Source: Bradymonadia bacterium
Lineage (GTDB): Bacteria > Myxococcota_A > Bradymonadia > UBA7976 > UBA1532
Direction: 5' to 3'
NCBI GenBank assembly: GCA_046290225.1
Contig: JBKAGE010000073.1
Location: 1-64,000 of the forward strand
Length of the DNA: 64,000 nucleotides
Shown: piece by piece, positions 59,255-64,000 of the stretch
How positions within the stretch are numbered: the stretch's first letter is position 1
How the letters are laid out: the number at the start of each line of letters is the position of its first letter
Made by a program: the position numbers and the translations under genes
Notes under the pieces: generated by a model
The model's input: the letters and a program-made list of their open reading frames with translations, nothing else
Database searches by the model: none
What the model was told of the DNA's origin: nothing

Positions 59255-60754
59255 ATGAGCCAGAAGACCTTCGATCGACGCACGTTCCTCAAGGGGGCCG
59301 CGTTGGGCCTCTCGGTGCCTCTGATCGCCGGGTGTGACGACGAGTCCACTGCGGATGACATGCCTGATGACGATGTCGTCGATGCACCAGATGCCGGTGA
59401 GCCTGATCTGGGTGAGGTCGCTGATGCCGAGCCCCCCGCGCCACACCCTGCTGACGCAGAGATCGACGATGTGATGTACCCCCGGGCAATCCTCGCCGGC
59501 GCCATGACGTCGACTGGAGCGCTGATCCGAGGTTTTCGAGATCCGGACGCAGAAGGCTCACCTCGCCTGCTGGTCTGGCCCGAAGATGATGATGGTCCCG
59601 GCGAGACCGTGATCGATCGCGTGGTCTCTCCTGAAGAGGGTCATCTGAACCTTGAACTCGACACCCTCGAACCGGGCACTCGCTACGCCTTTGCCTTCTT
59701 CGAAGGAGAAGGGCTTGAGCCCGAGGCGCTGACGCGATCTCCCGAAGGTCGTTTTCGCACCGCACCTGCGCCAGGTGAGTCGCCGGCTCTGACCCTCGCT
59801 GCCTCGGCATGCACTGCCTTGAGGTTCGCCCCCTGGCCCGGGCTCGACATCAGCGCCGAGGCTCGACCGGACGTGTTCTGCCATCTCGGTGACATGGTCT
59901 ACAACGACGGCGCCGAGAGCCTGGAGGAGTTCCGAGCGGGCTGGCAAGCCACTCTGGAGACGCCGGAGTATCGCGCCCTCTTCGCCGAGGCTGGGGGCTA
60001 CTTCACCTGGGACGATCACGAGCTCACGGATAACTCGGCGCTCTACACCCTGCCCCCGGAGGTCCGGGCCCGTGGGGTTCAGGCCTTCTTCGAGGCGTTG
60101 CCCATCCGATCGAGGGGCATTGAGGGCATCGAGGCCGAGCAGTTCTGGATGAGCCATCGGTGGGGGCTCACGGCGGAGATTTTCATCCTCGACTGTCGTG
60201 GAGAGCGTCGTCCGGAGACCGCAGGTACCCCCGAGGCACAGTACATCAGCCCGGAGCAGATGCGCTGGCTCAAAGAGGCCCTCGAAGCGAGCCCTTGCCG
60301 GTTCAAGGTGATCCTCAACTCGGTGCCCATCACCACCTACGCCGAGCGTTATCCCGCCGCCGACGACCGATGGCAGGGCTATGCCGCACAGCGAGACGAG
60401 CTGCTCGACTTCATCACCGGTGAAGACGGTGGAGCGGGTGTGGAGGGGGTCTGGTTCTTGTCGGGGGATTTCCACCTCGGTGTGGTGTCCGCCGTCGACG
60501 CCGAGGGCCCTCGGGCGGGCATTCGGGAGATCCTCGCCGGCCCTGGGGGCAGCATCACCAACCCGCTGGGGCTGTTGCCAGAGCGCAACCCCGAGCTGGC
60601 CGCCGAGTTTTTTCCCCCCGAGCAGTTCGAGTACGTGAGCGCCGCCAAGGCCAGCACCGTGCTCACCTTCGATCCGGAAGCAGGCACTGTGCGGGTGCAC
60701 TTTGTGGAGGGAGAGACGGGGGAGACCCTCTTCGACGTCACCTACGATGCCTGA
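59255..60754 (+). CDS. phoD: PhoD-family alkaline phosphatase, Tat lipoprotein
   Basis: Tat motif DRRTFLK with lipobox IAG-C. HLGDMVY, WDDHE, LDCR and LSGDFH. Confidence 0.88.
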   Translation: MSQKTFDRRTFLKGAALGLSVPLIAGCDDESTADDMPDDDVVDAPDAGEPDLGEVADAEPPAPHPADAEIDDVMYPRAILAGAMTSTGALIRGFRDPDAEGSPRLLVWPEDDDGPGETVIDRVVSPEEGHLNLELDTLEPGTRYAFAFFEGEGLEPEALTRSPEGRFRTAPAPGESPALTLAASACTALRFAPWPGLDISAEARPDVFCHLGDMVYNDGAESLEEFRAGWQATLETPEYRALFAEAGGYFTWDDHELTDNSALYTLPPEVRARGVQAFFEALPIRSRGIEGIEAEQFWMSHRWGLTAEIFILDCRGERRPETAGTPEAQYISPEQMRWLKEALEASPCRFKVILNSVPITTYAERYPAADDRWQGYAAQRDELLDFITGEDGGAGVEGVWFLSGDFHLGVVSAVDAEGPRAGIREILAGPGGSITNPLGLLPERNPELAAEFFPPEQFEYVSAAKASTVLTFDPEAGTVRVHFVEGETGETLFDVTYDA

Positions 60755-61553
60755 GCGTGGAGTGGTCGAGCCTTCAGCGCCCATCGCCGTCGACGCTGTC
60801 AATGTGCCTGCCTTCGCGCTCACCGAGGACTATGACCCCTTCGAGTCCGACCTTCATCAACACCACCGGCATCAGTTGCTGTATGCAGTTTCGGGGACTC
60901 TGAGCCTCGAAGCCGAAGGCAGCGTCTGGCTGCTGCCCCCTCAGCGAGCGGCCTGGATCGGCGCCGAGGTGCCCCACCGCGCCTGGGCGCGACAGCCAGT
61001 GGCCATGAGGACGGTGTTCTTTCGCCCCGAGGCCTTCTCCACAGCCCCTCGTGCCCGGTGCTGTGTGTTCTCTGTCGACGCCCTCGCCCGAGAGATGATC
61101 GTGTACGCCATGCGCTGGCAGGGTGAGCTCGAACCCTCAGAAGAGGTCGTGGCCCGGCCGTTCTTCGAGGCCCTGGCGGCTTTGTGTACGCAATGGAGCG
61201 CGGCGCCAGCACCCTGGCGCCTGCCCGCGCCTCGGAGCCCTCTGGTGGCGCGGGCCATGGGCCATGTGCAGGACCACCTCGATGGCGCGCTCACCCTCGC
61301 CGTCGTGGCAGAGAAAGTCGGTGCATCCAGCCGCACGCTCAGCAGGCGCTTCTCCACAGAGGCGGGCATGTCGTGGGGGCAGTACGTGCGCCGGGCGCGG
61401 ATCGTCAAGGCCATGGAGCTCCTGCTCCAGCCAGGGTACTCGGTCACCGAAGTGGCTTTCTCGGTGGGCTTCGAAAGCCCTGGGGCCTTCACACACGCCT
61501 TCAAGGCCCTCACCGGGCAGCGCCCGCGGGATTATCGCACCGCGCCGCGCTGA
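60747..61553 (+). CDS. AraC-family regulator with cupin domain (NimR-like)
   Basis: HQH..HQLLYA, PPQRAAWI, SSRTLSRRF and VGFESPGAF. Confidence 0.9.
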   Translation: MPERGVVEPSAPIAVDAVNVPAFALTEDYDPFESDLHQHHRHQLLYAVSGTLSLEAEGSVWLLPPQRAAWIGAEVPHRAWARQPVAMRTVFFRPEAFSTAPRARCCVFSVDALAREMIVYAMRWQGELEPSEEVVARPFFEALAALCTQWSAAPAPWRLPAPRSPLVARAMGHVQDHLDGALTLAVVAEKVGASSRTLSRRFSTEAGMSWGQYVRRARIVKAMELLLQPGYSVTEVAFSVGFESPGAFTHAFKALTGQRPRDYRTAPR

Positions 61554-62494
61554 GCAGCGCTCACCTCGGCACCGAGCAGGCCGTACACGCCGTACTGCAC
61601 CATGTAGGGCAGCGCATACTCAGGGAACGTCTTCGCGGCCTGCTCGGCGAGCGCCTTGTGATGCGCGGCGGCTTGCTCGCCCTTGAGCGCAGCTTGGGTC
61701 AGGCCGTGTTGGGCGACATAGCCCTTCACCAGAGCGCCCATGGCGTCGAGGTAGCGTTGCTGCGCGCTCACAGCCTGCGCCACAGGGGCCGTTTGACCGC
61801 GGCCGCCGTATACAGTGGCATCGGGCCAGGCCTTCAGCTCGTCGAGGGCTTTGCTCCACTTCGAAAGATCAGGCCGCGGCGCGCCGTCGACGATGCCACC
61901 CTCGAGCCAGGCGTGGGCTTTGTGGTGGACCAGATCGCCGACGACGAGTGCTTTCTTCGCCGGGATCCACGCCACGGTCTGCGTGCTCGACACGCCTGGG
62001 TGCTTCAACGTCTTCAGCTCGATGCGCTCGCCGTTCTTCAAGGTGAGCGTGTGCGCCCCAGTGAAGGTGATGTCGACCCGGGCCTCCGCGGGGTAGGTGG
62101 CCTCGGTGAACATCTTGGCCATCTGCACGAAGTAGTACTTCTTGTAGGCGTGCACCCCAGGGATCGCCTTCGCCGTGGCGTCGCTCGCCACCACCTTGGC
62201 GCCGAGGGCCTGAAATGGCCCGACCCCATTGAACTTGTCCGGGTTGGGGTGGGTGACGACGACATGACTGATGGGGACCTTGGTGCGCGCCTGGATGTCC
62301 TTGATGACCGACTGGGCGAGTGCGGGGGTGAACTGAGCGTCGAAGACCACCACCTGATCAGGGGTGACGTAGTACCAGGTGTGGGTGTCGAAGCCGGCCG
62401 CCGGTGAGGTGTAGCGGAACAGCCCGGTCTCGGCCTGGGCTGCAGGCAGGGCGAACGTCAACATGAGGCAGGCGGTGAGGAGCGTACGGAGCAT
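61532..62494 (-). CDS. Secreted MBL-fold metallo-hydrolase with atypical metal motif
   Basis: Signal peptide AQA-E, FDAQFT, THPNPDK and GDLV. Confidence 0.75.
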   Translation of the reverse strand: MLRTLLTACLMLTFALPAAQAETGLFRYTSPAAGFDTHTWYYVTPDQVVVFDAQFTPALAQSVIKDIQARTKVPISHVVVTHPNPDKFNGVGPFQALGAKVVASDATAKAIPGVHAYKKYYFVQMAKMFTEATYPAEARVDITFTGAHTLTLKNGERIELKTLKHPGVSSTQTVAWIPAKKALVVGDLVHHKAHAWLEGGIVDGAPRPDLSKWSKALDELKAWPDATVYGGRGQTAPVAQAVSAQQRYLDAMGALVKGYVAQHGLTQAALKGEQAAAHHKALAEQAAKTFPEYALPYMVQYGVYGLLGAEVSAAQRGAVR

Positions 62495-62558
62495 GATCTT
62501 CCCTCGGTGTGTTTCGTGAGGGGAAGATACTCAGAGCCGGGGTGGCTCGCTTTCGAGA

Positions 62559-63305
62559 TCAGGTCATTGTTTTGTTCGAATTGGCCATCGCCTCGAGCAC
62601 AGGCTCGAACAGGTATTTGATCTCGTCGAGGGAGTCCTCGATCGTGTCGGGCAGCGCCTTGCTGAACAGGTCGAGCAGGACCAGAGCGTTCACCGAAGAG
62701 TCGGTCTTCACCACGGACCACAGACGCTTGGCGATGCAGGTGTTCACCTTGTGCATCTCGCGATAGAGCTGGCTGAGCCCCTCGAGCTCCGCATCCATGG
62801 TCCATCCGCGCTCCCGGGCAAAGTACTGGGCGAGCAGATACATGCTGGTGGCCCGATAGATCGTCTCTTCTTCGGTGGCCAGGGGCAGGTGGAACCGCGC
62901 CATGGGCCTGAAGACTCGGGTGTGCGGGCAGCCGCTGGTGGCCATGACCAGGCCCATGAGCGAGGCTACGGCCCGTTGAGCCGTCGTCTGCCTTCGGATG
63001 GTGCGCTCAGGGGTGGTGACCTCGACCTCGAGGGTGTCGTACGAGGCGATGTCGGTGCACAGTTGCACCAGATCGATGAGGGAGAACGCCAGCGGGCACT
63101 GGGGGCTCTCCGCCGTGTTGAGCGGGCAGTTGGGGCACTGCTTGAAAGTCAGGGCCGTCCACGGCTGACCCTCACCGCTGGGCGGTGGCCCGGCGAGGGT
63201 GTGCGGATCCATCCTGACCTCGTGCACCCGCGGTGGGCGATCAGGCAGGGTGAAAGTGTAGCGAACGACCAGTGATTCTTCGCTCTGGGCGTAGAGCTCT
63301 GCCAC
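62559..63305 (-). CDS. DUF6901-like hypothetical protein
   Basis: WT.L...QCPNCPL, MATSGCP and PMARFHLPLA..EET.YR. Confidence 0.7.
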   Translation of the reverse strand: MAELYAQSEESLVVRYTFTLPDRPPRVHEVRMDPHTLAGPPPSGEGQPWTALTFKQCPNCPLNTAESPQCPLAFSLIDLVQLCTDIASYDTLEVEVTTPERTIRRQTTAQRAVASLMGLVMATSGCPHTRVFRPMARFHLPLATEEETIYRATSMYLLAQYFARERGWTMDAELEGLSQLYREMHKVNTCIAKRLWSVVKTDSSVNALVLLDLFSKALPDTIEDSLDEIKYLFEPVLEAMANSNKTMT

Positions 63306-63424
63306 GACACACTCCGGGCTCCTGTAGGCAGTCTGAGGTAACGTCTTTTCGGCGGGAGATGTTTAGGCCCAGTTGAGGTTTGAAGAGCAGGTGGGTGAAG
63401 CGCGCCGGTGAGTGGCCGGGTGGA

Positions 63425-64000
63425 TCACTCCAGATTGCCGAGTTGCACGCATGGGCCGTCGTGAAACCCCTTGGGCGCGTCGCACGGGCGCCCACCGGTG
63501 AGCGCCCCCCCAGAGAGCGCGGTTTCTTGCGCTTCGAGGATGCGCTTGCGGGCCTCGACGAGGCGCTCTGGATCGATTTTACGGATCTGCACGTCGGCCA
63601 CGGCGAATTTGGACAAACCACGTGTGAGCAGCCAGCGACCGCCCTCAGGATCGCGCTGGTCGATCAGCTTCACCTGCTTCGGGCTCAAGGCAGAGGCCTC
63701 AAGCTCTGCGCGCCACGCCTCCGGGGTCCACGCACGGCGGCCGATGAGATCGACGATGAGGCCGCCCCAGCGTTCGGCGATGAAGAGGGGGGCAGATCCC
63801 ACCATGCGCACATGACCGCCGCCGGCGAGCACAGGGGCTCGGCTTTGCACAAAGACGGCGAGGGCCGATGATTTCCCCTGAGCGGCGAGGGCCGGGGGCA
63901 GCTCGTCGAGCATGCGCCCGATGCGGCTCATGCTCACTTGAGGGTGGGGGAGATCGGCGAAGTCCAGGGCGATCTCCAAGGGGTAGTCGCCCGTGAGCCT
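63425..64000 (-). CDS. Hypothetical protein (5' part outside the window)
   Basis: Frame is open to the window edge. Contains TRGLSKFAVADV, similar to the 58327 gene. Confidence 0.55.
   Translation of the reverse strand, partial: RLTGDYPLEIALDFADLPHPQVSMSRIGRMLDELPPALAAQGKSSALAVFVQSRAPVLAGGGHVRMVGSAPLFIAERWGGLIVDLIGRRAWTPEAWRAELEASALSPKQVKLIDQRDPEGGRWLLTRGLSKFAVADVQIRKIDPERLVEARKRILEAQETALSGGALTGGRPCDAPKGFHDGPCVQLGNLE

Overview
High-GC bacterial chromosome segment, very likely Myxococcota (inferred from a MYXO-CTERM sorting tail, an AgmX/GltJ-like TonB-C protein and many Cys/Asp-rich lipoproteins). Most genes are housekeeping or secreted hydrolases: wrbA, a radical-SAM fusion, queC-queE, cysC, topB, ggt, a DPP-IV peptidase, coaA, phoD, a PHB depolymerase and porins. 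The left edge holds the end of an IS3-family element. The standout locus is 52765-58207 on the minus strand. It encodes a ~1,740-aa protein with an N-terminal annexin repeat, a central hydrophobic region and five tandem 204-aa RelA/SpoT-like (small alarmone synthetase-type) domains, immediately followed by a 73-aa candidate immunity gene. The fourth copy is broken by scattered small deletions, which may be an assembly artefact. Also notable: an Amt-PAS-histidine kinase-REC-REC fusion, a CHAT-TPR + S8 protease pair, an ECF-sigma-like / anti-sigma-TonB-C / outer-membrane barrel cluster, and a (GGGCAC)n-containing inverted-repeat element. No tRNA, rRNA or CRISPR array was recognised. All family assignments come from motif recognition by eye, not database searches.
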